Assembly: GCF_021869535.1 (NCBI RefSeq)
Contig: NW_026262723.1
Coordinates: 63,922,001 to 63,986,000, forward strand
DNA length: 64,000 nucleotides
Reading direction: 5' to 3'
Source: Mytilus californianus
Lineage: Eukaryota
This document shows, in pieces, positions 12,149 to 25,170 of this stretch (positions are counted from its first letter, which is position 1; every line of letters starts with the position of its first letter). The notes below the pieces were generated by a model. It was not told where the DNA came from, did no database searches, and worked only from the letters and a program-made list of their open reading frames with translations. A program made the translations under genes and the position numbers.

Positions 12149-15065
12149 TATGTGTACAAATTGTACTTTCAAAATGTTTTATGAGAAGAGTTATCTTACA
12201 CAGTTTCAACAATCTTTAATCTTTCTTTATATCAAAATGTTCAGTTTAATGAAAGATTCTCATTTGTTCACCATGATCTGTAGAAATAAAATAAAAGTCA
12301 GCAATCCAACAAACAAGTGAGATATTTTATTTTTAAGAATTAACTGAAACAAATGTCCATAGGGATAGTAGTTTTCTTCAGTCGGTGTTTAGGCTTTAGA
12401 CTTTTAGATTGATTGATTATTTGCTTGCTAAACGTCCTGTGGAGATTATGTCATAAAATTGAGAATGGAAATGGGGAATGTGTCAAAGAGACAACAACCT
12501 GACCATAGAGCAGACAACATGCATATATTCAGGACAAAAAATATTAATAATCACTTCAATAGGTGTTCTGCTAGGTGGGAATACAGGAGTATAATGGGGG
12601 GAAATCTCGGATAGGCACTGGAAAGCAATGGTATGCCGGACAAGGCCAGATGTTTGCTTCAGGCCACCTATGGGCCCATCAAAGGTTTGTTGCAAGGTTT
12701 GTAACGTACAGAGTACGTGACACCGTCTTTGCATTAGGCATATTATTTAACGTTCACATTCTGACTGGACGTTTAGATTTTAAATTTGAGAGGCACATTT
12801 ATAGGAAAAAAATTATATAATCTGGTTATATATGGCATATTGGTATAATTATATACAATGTATATATACGATAAAATTACAGGGAGGTGGTAGTGGGGCT
12901 CAAAAATGTCCTGTGTTCAAATACTTCCACTAAAGTCCAGAGCTGAAGTAAATAAATACCAAAAGCAACGAATCAACAATGCAAGGAAATGACCTTTTAG
13001 TATCATGGTTTCTAAAGACAAACAAACAAAATTTTGTACAACGTTTGTGAACTGTTTACCGTATCAATACCTTGTTACCGTGGAATGATTCCTCGATTTT
13101 AGAATAATATTGTGTAGCACTAGCATTATGAAGTTAAAGCTTAGTAAAGATTTGCCAGTCCTTATCACCTGACGTGAGTGAATCTTAATTATTTCTTGTG
13201 GCAACGGGATAAGTTCTTAGCTGCTACTGCCCTTATATCTTTTCCAGAAATGTTAACATTATGTTACTCCAAAATTTGCTGTTTGCACTGATTGCTGAAA
13301 AATGGTTATATCATATAAAAATTAGAGAGCAGTGGCAATACACCTTATCGCTATTTATTCCAATCCGGATAAGTTCTGAAATTACACAACTTTTTCATCC
13401 AGTTGAACCTATCTGGGGCCCTGTTTTAACAATGTTTTTGCATAAAACTTTTCAACGAGACATTTTTTAACCATCGTAAACACTTTAAACAAAGCATTTT
13501 TATGATTTAAATTTGTGTTTTAAAAAAGTGGATCATAATCTATCAAAAGTTTCAAAATGTTCGCTTTCTCCCTCAGCTCGTTACTGATGACCTTTGTTTT
13601 GGCGACGCTTGACCCAAACAAGAAGTTGTCTAAGTGACGGTTCTTTCCGGGTTGGACTAAATAGCGATAAGGTGTATTAATCCTATATGTTGTAAAACAG
13701 CACGTCCTACCTACGTTAAAGCTTTTCGTTCAAGTAGAAATAGAAAAAAAGACTTAAAAATGACAGACGAGGAAATAGAGAAAAATTACCTCATCGTCTT
13801 TCAGTAAGTTGTAACAATGTGACAACAATTTTCACCCTTTTTTAAATAACTTGTTATGGCCCTTAACAGAGCCGTTGTTAATTGTCTTTGTTCTTTAATA
13901 TTCTGTCTGTGTATTCATTATAACTTTTTGCTTGTATGGGGCTTAATACGTCAGTGACTCACTCAAACTAGTTACATATTATATTTTACTGTTCTAAGCA
14001 GTATGAATTGATTTCTTATGCAAACTCACTTGGGTTGCTGACTTTTTGACATATACCCCACATATCCTTTTATTCATATCCCTTTTGGTTTTATCAAAGC
14101 TTCACATGTGATCGAATGAACGAATTGTTTCCCCGTATTTCTCTTACCGTTGGTATTAAACTGATTTAAACATCGATTCAGAACAATTTTTGTTTTAAAT
14201 CCTGTCATCATAATTGTTTATTCTACATGGTAAGCAAATTGATGATAAAATTAGTAAAATTTTAGTTTCCTGTTCAACAGGAATTAAAATGAGAAAATGT
14301 AATTTTATTTTTATTTTTGATCCGAATGAAAACAATATTTGTAGGGACTCAAAACAAAATCATGACTATGCATGATGAGAAGTGTCGGAAAGTTTATCAT
14401 TTATATACATGTAATAGATCTATATGATTATATCTGATCAATGTATGTGATAGTCAATGTGTTAATAGTCATAAAAAGCTCATTAAACATTTCCTCCAAA
14501 AAATGCATTGGAATCTTTTTTTCAGCGATTGTGACTGTCTTGGATTTTACAAAAAATATGGAGCTTAATACGTCTGTGGCTCGCCCAAACCAACCACTGC
14601 AACTGGATTTTTTAAAGACCAAGGTAAATAACGAGGATTTCACACGGTCAGTACTCAGACTCCTTTCAGTCTGAGTTGTTTCAACAGTCATACTTTCTTC
14701 TTCATGATATTTCACACATACGATCACATTTTTAGTACTTAAATTCAGAAATTAAATATACGCATAGCTGAAACGTTGGGGTTTGCCTTGTAGTAGATTT
14801 CTTACGGACTCATCAAAGAGTTATTGTAAGGGTTATTGTACAGCTGAGAGCTTGAAACTCGACTAGCACGGGTCATCATGTTTTGATATTTTCATTTTAA
14901 CTGGATGTCGCGTATTTTTACACCATGCACGGTCAAACAGAATCCCACTCACTTTCAAACAGGGCTTCATGATATAATTACCGAACGAGAGTTTCAAGTG
15001 ACCCTACTCGTATACACCACTTCATCCTTGATAAGATATATATTCGAAAATTAATTGTTGATGTT

Positions 15066-15331
15066 TAGTCTTTCGTTTGTTGATGTGGTTCATACGTGTT
15101 TCTCGTTTCTCGTTTTTATATAGATTAGACCGTTGGTTTTCGTGTTTGAATAGTTTTACACTAGACTAAGTCATTTTTGGGGCCCTTTAATCTTTATAGC
15201 TTGTTGTTCGGTGTGAGCCAAGGCTCCGTTTTGAAGGCAGTACTTTGACCTATAATAGTTTACTTTTTACAAATTGTGACTTGGATGGAGAGTTGTCTCA
15301 TTGGCACTCATACCACATCTTCTTATATCTA
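15066..15331 (+). mobile_element. Repeat family A, 3' part
   Basis: Near-identical to 61490-61739, ending CATACCACATCTTCTTATATCTA. Confidence 0.8.
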
Positions 15332-15920
15332 TTTCATTGGAATTACATGAGTTTGTTCCTTTCGGATATCTTGAGTTTAGAAACCAAATATTAAAGATAT
15401 AAACTAATGTTTATAAGTTAGAACTTTCAAATACTGGCTGAAATCCGTTCATATGTTTGAGGGAAATGTTACTAGAATACGACTGTAGAACAGTCATAAT
15501 TTAATAATATTTTCATTTCAATGCAAAATAAATATTTAGTTAGTTGACCATACATTTAAATCAAAATTTAAATAACAAAGGCAGTTATAATTATATTGTA
15601 TGTAAAACTGGCAATAAACAATATCAAATATATTGGAAACTAAATATCATCCTAACCACTTAAAATACAATTGGTTGAAGAAAAGGACAGTAAAAAAATT
15701 GTGTTGAACTTCAATGTATTTCTAAGAGGACTGTAAACTTATGACATCGATTAACGCCTTTAACAAAACTCCAGATGACCATACTAGCCATTGCCATTTA
15801 AAATAAGATTGATGAGGATTACAATTGCCAGCTGTCTGTTTAAATCAATTGCAGATACATATAAGTAGTGCTTTTTTGGATGAATGCGAAAAAAAAACAA
15901 ATGTTAAGGAATCTGAATTT

Positions 15921-16094
15921 TTATTTCTTCAAAATTTGATGAGCAACGCTCTTTGCTGTTGCAGTTATATCTGTAATTTTCAAATCTGTGCTAGAGTGTA
16001 AACGGACGGTTTGTCCATAGAGGGTGTATGTTACAAAATTATTTGTAAAGGAGACACCACCAACTGTTTTAATTGAAGTTGGGTCATACTCAAC
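15921..16094 (-). CDS. G2 exon 6
   Basis: ttgcag|GTT; VEYDPTSIKTVGGVSFTNNFVTYTLYGQTVRLHSSTDLKITDITATAKSVAHQILKK*. Confidence 0.9.
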   Translation of the reverse strand, partial: VEYDPTSIKTVGGVSFTNNFVTYTLYGQTVRLHSSTDLKITDITATAKSVAHQILKK

Positions 16095-19000
16095 CTGCAA
16101 AAGAATATAAAGAAGAATAAATTATGTTGAATTATTAGATCTGTTAAAATAACTGTCCACCATAATTATGCATATCAAAAGATAGATTTTAATCATGATT
16201 CTTTTTCGGGGATGAGGGGAGGGGGGATTTTTTACCCAAATTTAGAACTCATGTCATGGCATAAATTACGAGAATAGATGCAAGATCAAATCAAATCAGA
16301 TGTGAGATAACCCAGAGCAAACCGTATTTTATTTTGGACTTTGCTCTACCGAATGAAAAAGTACCGGTATATGGCATTGCACGTTGTACTTTAATTTGTT
16401 AAGAGCCTTTAACAGTTATGTAACCTAAACATGTACGTCAGTTACCATACATGTTTTCGGCTTTTTCATTTAACATATATTTACCTTAGATACGATATGG
16501 TTTGTGAGGGTAGTGTTGTATAGAGATCTTAGATATGCAATGGTTTCAATAGCATTCTTTTGACTGGAAATTGTATTTGCTCCACAAACTGGAAATAGAT
16601 AAAATAAATGTTGTTTACAGCCTACTAGTATAATACTTACTTTTAAAGTGTTATCGTTATATACTTTCGCTTTCTACTTTTTTCTCCAATATATTCAGAT
16701 AAGGAAATGCGGCATGACTGTCAAAGAGACAATTATCCACCAAGACAAAAAAGATTTGTGGAAAAGGCTATTGTTTGAACTTTGTACATTTTCCAATTAA
16801 TTATTGTGAAGCCTATTCGAAGAGATATACAATTTGAAAGTATTCACTTACAAATCTTTTGTAAGATAGAAACAAGGATTGTCATAACATAGACTAGCTG
16901 TCTATACGGTATTGGTTTTGCTCATTGTTGAAGGCAATACGTTGACCTATAGTTATTAACTTCTATGTCATTTGGTCTCTGGTGGAAAGTTGTTATACCA
17001 CATATTGCTATTTTTATATAGATGAAATAATTACCTGATTGTAAAACTTCTTCTTTTGTGTGTTTCTTGATATCAAGTTTATCACACACTGGGCATGACT
17101 GTACACAACGTTTACCGAATATATCTAAAAAAAGGAACAGATTTCAAATTTCTTTCATACCTTAGTACGAAACATTTATTCATTGTGTTATGAATACTTC
17201 ATTACTAATTATTCAAAATTTATTTTCAAACTAATTTCAACATGCGTCTACAACAAAAACCCATTAAGCAAAATCAACGGAAAAATATACTATGAAACTA
17301 TTAAGTAAAGTAATGGCAAAGGGTCGTATTCTCTATGAACCTAGTGAGGTGTGTTAAAATTATGAAATGTTTAACCCTAAAAATCTTTATGTTAAATAAG
17401 TTATTATTTGTTTGTAATAATTGTTGATTGCATCAGAATCACAGGCAGCGGTATGCATAGAATAGACTCTCCTTTTGAGAATATAAACCATAAATCGTGA
17501 TTTTAAAGGCTTATATTGCTTTTCTTTATATTGTTTTTCTCTCAAAAAATTATTGCAAGGTATATTCAATGGTTTCTTGAAAAATGTTTAATCTCTCCAA
17601 TTGCATGTTTATCTCTTGCACTTCATTAATATAACCATGAAATGTATAAGTATAACTCACGACCGAGTGTATTTCCTATCGAGTGTCCTACATTCTTGAC
17701 TCCATCCACGAGTTTGTTACCAAGATCCGTAAGGGAACCACCTATCGAGTCTAATCCTCCTCCTAGTTGGCTAGACAGACCTGTAAATTCTGACCCAAGC
17801 CCATTCAAAAGGTCTGTTGTGCCACTTCCTAGACCGTTTACCAGATCAGTAGTGCCAGATGCCAAGCTGTTGCCGAGATCTGCGAATTTCTTTCCAAGAC
17901 TTTCAAATCCAGCACCTATCGTATCCAAAGTTTTTGTTACGCCATCTCTCAAACCATTGCCAATATTTTTAGAAACGCTTCCAAGGTCTTTGACAAATTC
18001 GCCTGCTTCGCCTCCAAGAAATTTGGTAGTGGATGACAATTGTGATCCAATAGATTTTACAAATTCTCCTGCAGCAAGAACTGGTTTGAGGGCCTCTGTT
18101 CCAACAGCCACCAAAATAGCTTCATAAACAGGGGGTGGCTGTCTAAGAAATTGTCAAAATATCATAGATTTTGGAAAATACTAAAAATAAATAGAAATAC
18201 ACTTTAAAAAGATATATGAATGTTTGATGTCTTATTTACGTAAGTGAACTTAAAACAACTATTTTATTCATAATACAAATCCCAGAAAGTATGCTTCATC
18301 TGTATTTTCAACACTCAGTGACTAAAGAGATGAATCACTCTGTTGTTATTTTATTTTTAAGATATTAACATACAGTCTACAATATACCGAGAACTCGTGA
18401 GATGACGGAACCTATTCTCTATGCGCATGAAGTTTCGGTTTTTTAAGTTATAAGTCATGTTAAAGTTTGAAGTTTGAGTGTTTTCAGTTATGATTTATGT
18501 TAAACATGAAGGGTAGGTGTTTTAAGTTTTAAATATGCTAAAACATGAGGTAATAATAAAATCTTATCTGTAGCTCATGGCGTTTAGATTCTACAAAAAA
18601 AAATCATTAAATACTAGACTCATAATATAATCTAGTACGTCAAACACGCATTTCGCCTACATAAGTGTACATTTGTATGAATTTAACGGTATTTCTAAAC
18701 AAGCTAAAACAAATTAAATCAGGCAAAGAAATTAGGCATCGAGTCTTACTCTGCACAAGGCATGAAACTGATCTTACTCATATAGGGGTTCACACAAACA
18801 CTACGTATCTGTAGATCTTATATAAGTTACTTCTTTTAAGTTCTGTTCTTAACTTTTAATATTGAGATGATATTGAATTAGGCTGACCATGTTAAGTGCA
18901 TTACTAATTATTCTAGAGGGCCGTATGCCTTTGCAGTAACTGAATCATGACAACAATGTTTCATTGGATAGCTATAGGTGGCTTGTTGTAAGTCAATTTT

Positions 19001-22000
19001 TTAATCCTTCCGATTTTAAATTTGTAATCACCCCTTGTTTGTTTTAAAGGGTTCGTGTAACTCTTGTCTTAGCTATAAGTGTTGTTCTCTGTGATTTTTG
19101 ATTTTTCAAAGTATGTTTTTTTATAACGAAACAGTCTCGGCTATCCATTGTCATGAAAAACAAGCTTTAATTTTAGATTTTCACATTCGGTCAAGTTTCA
19201 GGGTTAGAAAATTTTACATGACCGATTGATTAGAATTTTGTAAAAGAGTCTATTAACAATCCGTTATTGCGTGATGTTTGATCCCTTTATATAACTTGTC
19301 AACGTATTTTATTGAAGTAACATGACGGGTGTCAAATTTGGAATAGGATCTGCCTTCCTGAGATCACCTCTGGTACCGATATTTGCAGGGGTTCATGTTG
19401 CTCGGTCTTTAGTTTTCTATGTTGTGCTTTGTATACTGTTGTTTGTCTTCGGGTCATTTTTTGCCATGGCATTATCGACTTATAAGTTTGAATATCCATT
19501 TTGTATCTTTCGCCTCTCTTTTAATGGCATTAAAAATCAACCAAACCCCATTTCACATTGTTTGACACATTAGACTACTTTTTAAAATCACAAACCGACG
19601 TTGGTTATGTTTTGATAATGGTTTATACAAAATTTTAATACGTGTCTACTAGAACGACAAAAGATGGAGATTTGTTCATTTCTATGACAGTAATGTTCAT
19701 TTCATAATTCGAAAAAATAATGTTGATTAAATTCAAACATTTTGACTTTCGGTATATTTTTTACTTCATATTACCAGATTTTAATGGAATTTTGTATAAC
19801 AACACATAACAAGGTATATAGTATTACTGATTTTTCAAGGAAACATTTGTTTCCCTACCAAATTTTTCATTGCATTTATTGTTGTGACCAATTTTTTTAT
19901 GTGTCGCAGCAATGACAGGAGCTCGTTCCTAAATCAGTAAAATTAAAATGAGAGGTTACAACAAACGATAAAAAACTCACGGGACACACAAATCTTGATT
20001 ACAAGCCTTACAGCTGTCGATAGAACCGTTGATTTTCACTTCACAAGACTTGGACAACTGCTTTTGTTGTACTGCTGTTTTGTTGATTTGTTCTACGATC
20101 ATTATAAGAATTTCCCGTCTAACTTCAATATCAAGCTCTGAAAAAATAAAAAAAAACTTTTGTTTGAATAACCTTGCACCTGTATGCTTATATAAAATTT
20201 ATATTTATGATATTTCTTTTGGGAGAGTCAAAAGCAGGAGGATGCCATTAGATTCAAAACCGAAAGTCACAGAAAGATAAACAACGCCGTGAACAATAGA
20301 AATAAGACGAAAACACGAAACAAGAATTACAAAACGACCAAGAAATCTTTATATTTAGCATCACAATACCGACAGAAATCGGTGTCAGAATTTTCTGCTC
20401 CACTAATGACACTCTATGTGTTACTCTTTTCAAAATCCGTAAATGAATCATAAATGAAAATAAAACTATATCAATGTCATTCGTTCGAAGCGCTTTTCTT
20501 AATTTCCCTTCAAAAGGAACGATCAAATTCAAACCTTTGCAAGCCAAGGTCCATACATAATAATCATGAGAATATAATCCAGACCGGCCACAATGCATCA
20601 TACGGTAGCCGATTGCTAAAATTTTCTAATTCAATCCTATTAGTCAGACTTGTTCACATTTATAATGCTATAACGAGACAAAGAAGCATCGAACGGTTTA
20701 GATGTTTTGCAAGGATTCATGAAAGCAATTATAAATTTAAATTATGATGCAGCTATAAAACGTAATCATTCATAAAAAAGTAAATGACAATATGGTTGTA
20801 TGGAAAGATAAACTACATTTGACAGAATTTCTTTTATATTGTGTCAAATGTAGTTTATATTGCGCTTTCTTTGTAGAACACATTGAAAAAATGTATCTCC
20901 TATTTTCACCATAGATGCTGTGCAGAATTATTATATTTTGTTCCGAGTATACATGCAAAAAGAACATTTATGTATAAGATATAGTCTTCTCGTATCTGAT
21001 ATGCCTCAGCCTATATATAATTTACATAGAAGTGATAAATGATTATTTTATCTTGTCTAATGTGTTCTTAAAATAACATTGATAAAACAGGAATAGTGTC
21101 ATTGTCTGAAATTTGCCAGATGCAGTAACACTTTCAAAAGATGTTTAAATTTATAGGTATAAATTTGAAATGAAATCGGAATTATGTCTTTTTTCTGTCA
21201 TAAAATTGATACCCCCTTACAGCTTTTGTATGGCAATATGGATCACTGTACTATCTTTTCTTCTTCTAGTTAAATTGCAACGTTTTGCTGATAACTGATA
21301 TATATAATAATAATACTTGTATGTAAGTCACTATAAAGGATGAATAACGATAGAAATTTGAAATAAAATATGAGCTCTTACAAAATTCTTTCAGAAAAAG
21401 ATAAATTTGGGTCAATGAACTCGTTTTCTTGCTTCATAACAATATAGGGAAAACGGAAGACGTATTCTTCCTTAGGCGACAATACTAACAATTTCTAAAT
21501 TTACCACTTTTATAATAAAAACTTGGAAAAAATGATACATTCTTGTTCTGTTTTAGAAATTGTAGTCACCATCTTCGAACGGAGCTTGTTTATGGTTTCC
21601 ATGTCTACCGTCATTTTACATCAAATTTATGAAAATTTGGATGCCTTTTCAAATAATTCTAAAGAAAATATTTCATTGTGTTTCCAAATTTATAAGAAAA
21701 TATGTTATACTATTACATCCAATCGCAGCGCTCCTAAGTTGACTTCCTTTACGTACCTGCCTTGGGTGCACAAAAGGTCAACCTAAAGCAGGGAAAATGT
21801 AATACTACTTTAGATACTGTTTTTTCTCTTTTAACAATATCCCTAAGTTATCTCTCCTTATAAATCAATCAAAAATACAAAGTTTACGTTAGATGAAACC
21901 TTATGAATTTACGCATTCAAGAGAGGCGGAAGATACCAAACTCATAAGTTGAAGACAGTGTGGCAACGTCATGATATAAAAAAAAAAACTAAAGACTGAG

Positions 22001-22985
22001 CAATATGAACCCCACCAAAAACTGGGGTGATCTCATGTGCTCTGGAATGGTAAACAACTCCTACCTCACATGTTGCACCCGTCGTGCTGTTTATGTGAGT
22101 ACCTATTCGGTGTGAAGTCTCAGTCGGTGATGTCACATTCGAGGAAATTTTTTAAAGAAGACTGGATTGTCGTTACAATTGGAACATGTCCGTCGTCATC
22201 TGTGAAACATATATTCCATAACGATCAACAAACTGGTGGTTTGGCCCGTAAACTTTTCGAAGGGATAACTTCAGACCTTTGTCAAATAGCATTCTTGTAA
22301 GCAGCAATCTTCCAGCGAGAAAATCATGTTAGGGAGTGCAATTTCTGTAATATCATATCACTTTTCATGGATGGATGTTCAAGTGGCTATTTATTTGCAG
22401 ATCAAGAACGAGAAGTTGTTAATGCGATATAAATATGACCCCTGTTTTGTACTAGACCGACACACTGAGATGGCTTTAAACATGTTAGTTCACAAGGTAA
22501 CAGTCCACAAGAAGACATGTCAGCCTACTCGGACACATTATTCGGCTCAGGAAGTCTTTGTTCTTACTATTTTATGTGATTAGCAAAGAAGCAGCAAATT
22601 TGATTAGTCCGTGGTGACTACCAATTCTCGATATAATTTACGGGAATAAAAATGCTGATCCTTTTGTTTAAGTCCCTCCCCTGGAGTTGAAAGAAGATTC
22701 TTCTATACACATCAGGTCCTATCTTTTTCTTTTCAATCACTGTGTACCAAAATTATATTAGTGTAATAAAAGAAGACAAAACAGTCTACTTTTTATTCAG
22801 GTTTCATGCAATGTATTGTTAAAGGTAGAAATGTGTTCTCGTTCACTACTTATTTTGAATAACAAATACATACTTTGTAAATTTCCATCATCCAAGTTTG
22901 CAAAATATTGCCTTTTGGAAATACTTGAACAGTTACATTGGAATACAGCTGCAGTAATAACAGCCAAGAATATAAACGACCGCAT
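15921..22985 (-). CDS. G2: family paralog, 6 exons, 372 aa
   Basis: join(22985-22874,20137-19981,18142-17661,17124-17035,16588-16485,16094-15921) = 1119 nt; GT-AG, phases 1,2,1,1,0, open frame. Confidence 0.92.
16485..16588 (-). CDS. G2 exon 5
   Basis: 104 nt; (V)CGANTISSQKNAIETIAYLRSLYNTTLTNHIVSK|gtaaat. Confidence 0.9.
17035..17124 (-). CDS. G2 exon 4
   Basis: (H)IFGKRCVQSCPVCDKLDIKKHTKEEVLQS|gtaatt. Confidence 0.92.
17661..18142 (-). CDS. G2 exon 3 (Gly-rich acidic 11-mer cassette)
   Basis: cttag|A CAG CCA CCC ... CTC GGT C|gtgagt; 482 nt, phase 2-1; overlaps ORF 17626-18114. Confidence 0.92.
19330..19520 (+). mobile_element. Repeat family B fragment (Penelope-like 3' end)
   Basis: Reverse-orientation match to 21919-22090 and 40862-41033. 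Confidence 0.6.
19981..20137 (-). CDS. G2 exon 2
   Basis: 157 nt; (K)LDIEVRREILIMIVEQINKTAVQQKQLSKSCEVKINGSIDSCKACNQDLCV(P). Confidence 0.92.
21919..22350 (-). mobile_element. Repeat family B (Penelope-like 3' end), G2 intron 1
   Basis: AAGAG(A/G)G(G/A)CG..AGATACCA..AAACTCATA..AACCCCACCAAAAACTGGGGTGATC..TTCGAAGGGAT; also at 49520-49945 and 53978-54125. Confidence 0.7.
22430..22570 (-). mobile_element. SINE fragment, same family as 35412-35657
   Basis: Reverse complement of the AGTAAGA.CAAAGAC..AATGTGTC.GAGTAGG.TGACATGTCTTC..GTCGGTCTAGTACAAA segment. Confidence 0.55.
22874..22985 (-). CDS. G2 exon 1 (signal peptide)
   Basis: MRSFIFLAVITAAVFQCNCSSISKRQYFANLDDGNLQ then A|gtatgt. Confidence 0.92.
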
Positions 22986-24785
22986 GTTGGCAGTACTATT
23001 ATTGTCCGTTCAAATGTTGAAAGAAGATATCAGTAGTAGTGTTCGTGATATACAGTTCTATGTTACGACTTATCTTCAAATCGAATGAATATTAAAGGGT
23101 CATGTACAATTACGTCATAGTTTGGCGCTGGTAATACATACTTTACGGAATATTTATTATCAATGTCTGAAAATTGTTGGTAAAATATGTAACGGAGGAC
23201 TAATACAAATATAATCCAATAATAATAATGCAATATAAAGCAACATTTTGACAAATTCACAATGTCAAATAAATGCATATGTATAAATTGGCCATAATCC
23301 GTTCGGTTCCGTTTTCTAAATACTCTTTGATTAAAATGTAGTAACTTTGACAAAAGCTAAGGTTCTATTTCCCTCGGATTAATTTTGCTTCTTACTTGCG
23401 TTGTCCTTCATTCAAAAATGACAAAACTACATGTTAAATGTTCAGTAAATATGAAATAGCTGAAATTTTATTTTCGTTGTAAAGAAGATTTATGATATTT
23501 TTAGTAAAACAGTCATTTACAGAACACGGATTTTCTTTTTTATTCATATTTCTTGTGCATATTATACAAATAAATTATTTCTCCATTATCATTATATACT
23601 GTAAAACTTTAATGTTTCGTTTTTTTCCCCTACTTTTTGCCAAATATGGTGCTTTTATCATCAAACCCACAATTATGTCACCGATCTGCGGGACCATAAC
23701 ACAGAAGGTATGATATGGCCACTTTTTTTGTCCCTAAAAATCGGAAATCGAACAAATTTCTCGTATGTTCTTCAGCTGCTAACAAAACATTAGTTTTTAG
23801 TATAAAAGTATAAACTTATATTATTGAATTGTTTCAACATTACAATTAACGTTCAAATGTACGTAAAAGCTTTTTAAAAATTCTTTTTTTTTTACTTTAA
23901 ATTGTCAATGAGATTCCTCTGAAGTATAAGAGTTTTTTTTCTCAAATGGCAAATAATTGAAATATAAGAATAAGGAGATGTGATATGATTGCCAGTAAGA
24001 CAACTAATAACCAGAGAAAGAGGACTAGGACGTAATGCTTAAGGTCACTGTGCGACCTTCAAAACTGAGCAAAACCCATACCGTGTAATAGGCTATACTA
24101 GACCCCGGTATGAACAAAATATGAAACAATATAAATGGAAAACCATCGACTTGTGCTACAACACTAAACTTCCAAACCAAATATTTGTATCTTTGAAAGC
24201 AAATAGGCAAATTTGAGTAATTTTCAGTAACAAAATCGCTGACTTAATAGTTTCCCAGTGATACATAGATTACTTTCGCTGAAATCTAAAACGTCACTGC
24301 AGACATGGATATAGTAAATGAGTTATGAAATATTATACTCTGTAAAAAGAGACAAAAACATGACCATACCAAAAAAAAACGATTATTCACATAAAGGAAT
24401 TTACGATCGACCCTATTCCCGTAATTTTTTGTACGGAGTTTCCGATGTTAAACTGAACTATCTAAATCTAGGGAAGGACAATTATTGATGTTTACATTAA
24501 ATTTGTTTCAATTAAATCCCTCGGATGAAATACATGCACACGTCTGCTGTTAAAGGGACGCATTTTGGTGTCCTTAGGAATTCACCTGTCGATAAACTTA
24601 ATTGCCGAAACGTCCATAGATGTTAACGTTAAAATTTACAGCTTTAATCATCTCAGTTATATTAAATATATCTTGCATATTTATATTTTCCATTACAGAA
24701 GAGGCTTTAAATGAGTTGCAGCAAATCAATTTGCAATCTGATTTTTGTAAGGTCCATTTATTGGGTTTCAAATATTCGACTTTTA

Positions 24786-24827
24786 GCGTTCCTGATGAAG
24801 TTAAATCCAGAAAAGCGCTTCGGACAC
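24786..24827 (+). ncRNA. Minimal type-I hammerhead ribozyme-like motif (slightly degenerate) in a repeat
   Basis: GCGTTC-CTGATGA-AGTTAAATCCA-GAAA-AGCGCT(palindrome)-TC-GGACAC. GCGTTC pairs with GGAC(A/G)C (stem I). Matches the PLE-associated minimal hammerhead layout. Confidence 0.55.
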
Positions 24828-25128
24828 ATGGAATTTATAAAGTGTTATTTCATTTTTTACAGCACTGGGTCGATACCGCTGCTCGTTGATCTATCAGTCG
24901 CCAAGGATATCATCTGCTCAGGAGTCAGTACCGAGATGAATAACACACCTTTCTTTAATTGTCTGTTTAAAATTAAATTAAGAAATTATTAAGAAGCTAA
25001 GGTTTCAAATCCCTCAGGCAAAGTTGACCATAGATGATTTGGTTATATTTGTATGTCCTTTTAAGTCGATTATCTCTTTAACTGTTTCGGTTCTGTTGTA
25101 TCATTGGCTTTCAAGTATTAGGCTTTGA

Positions 25129-25170
25129 GCGTTCCTGCTGAATGTAAATCCAGAAAAGCGCCTCGGACGC
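25129..25170 (+). ncRNA. Second hammerhead-like motif, core mutated
   Basis: GCGTTC-CTGCTGA-ATGTAAATCCA-GAAA-AGCGCC-TC-GGACGC. Confidence 0.4.

Noticed and set aside
17642-18127. 161-aa Pro/Ser-rich plus-strand ORF, and likewise 40150-40356
   Set aside because: Antisense shadows of Gly-rich exon 3s (GGN read as NCC).
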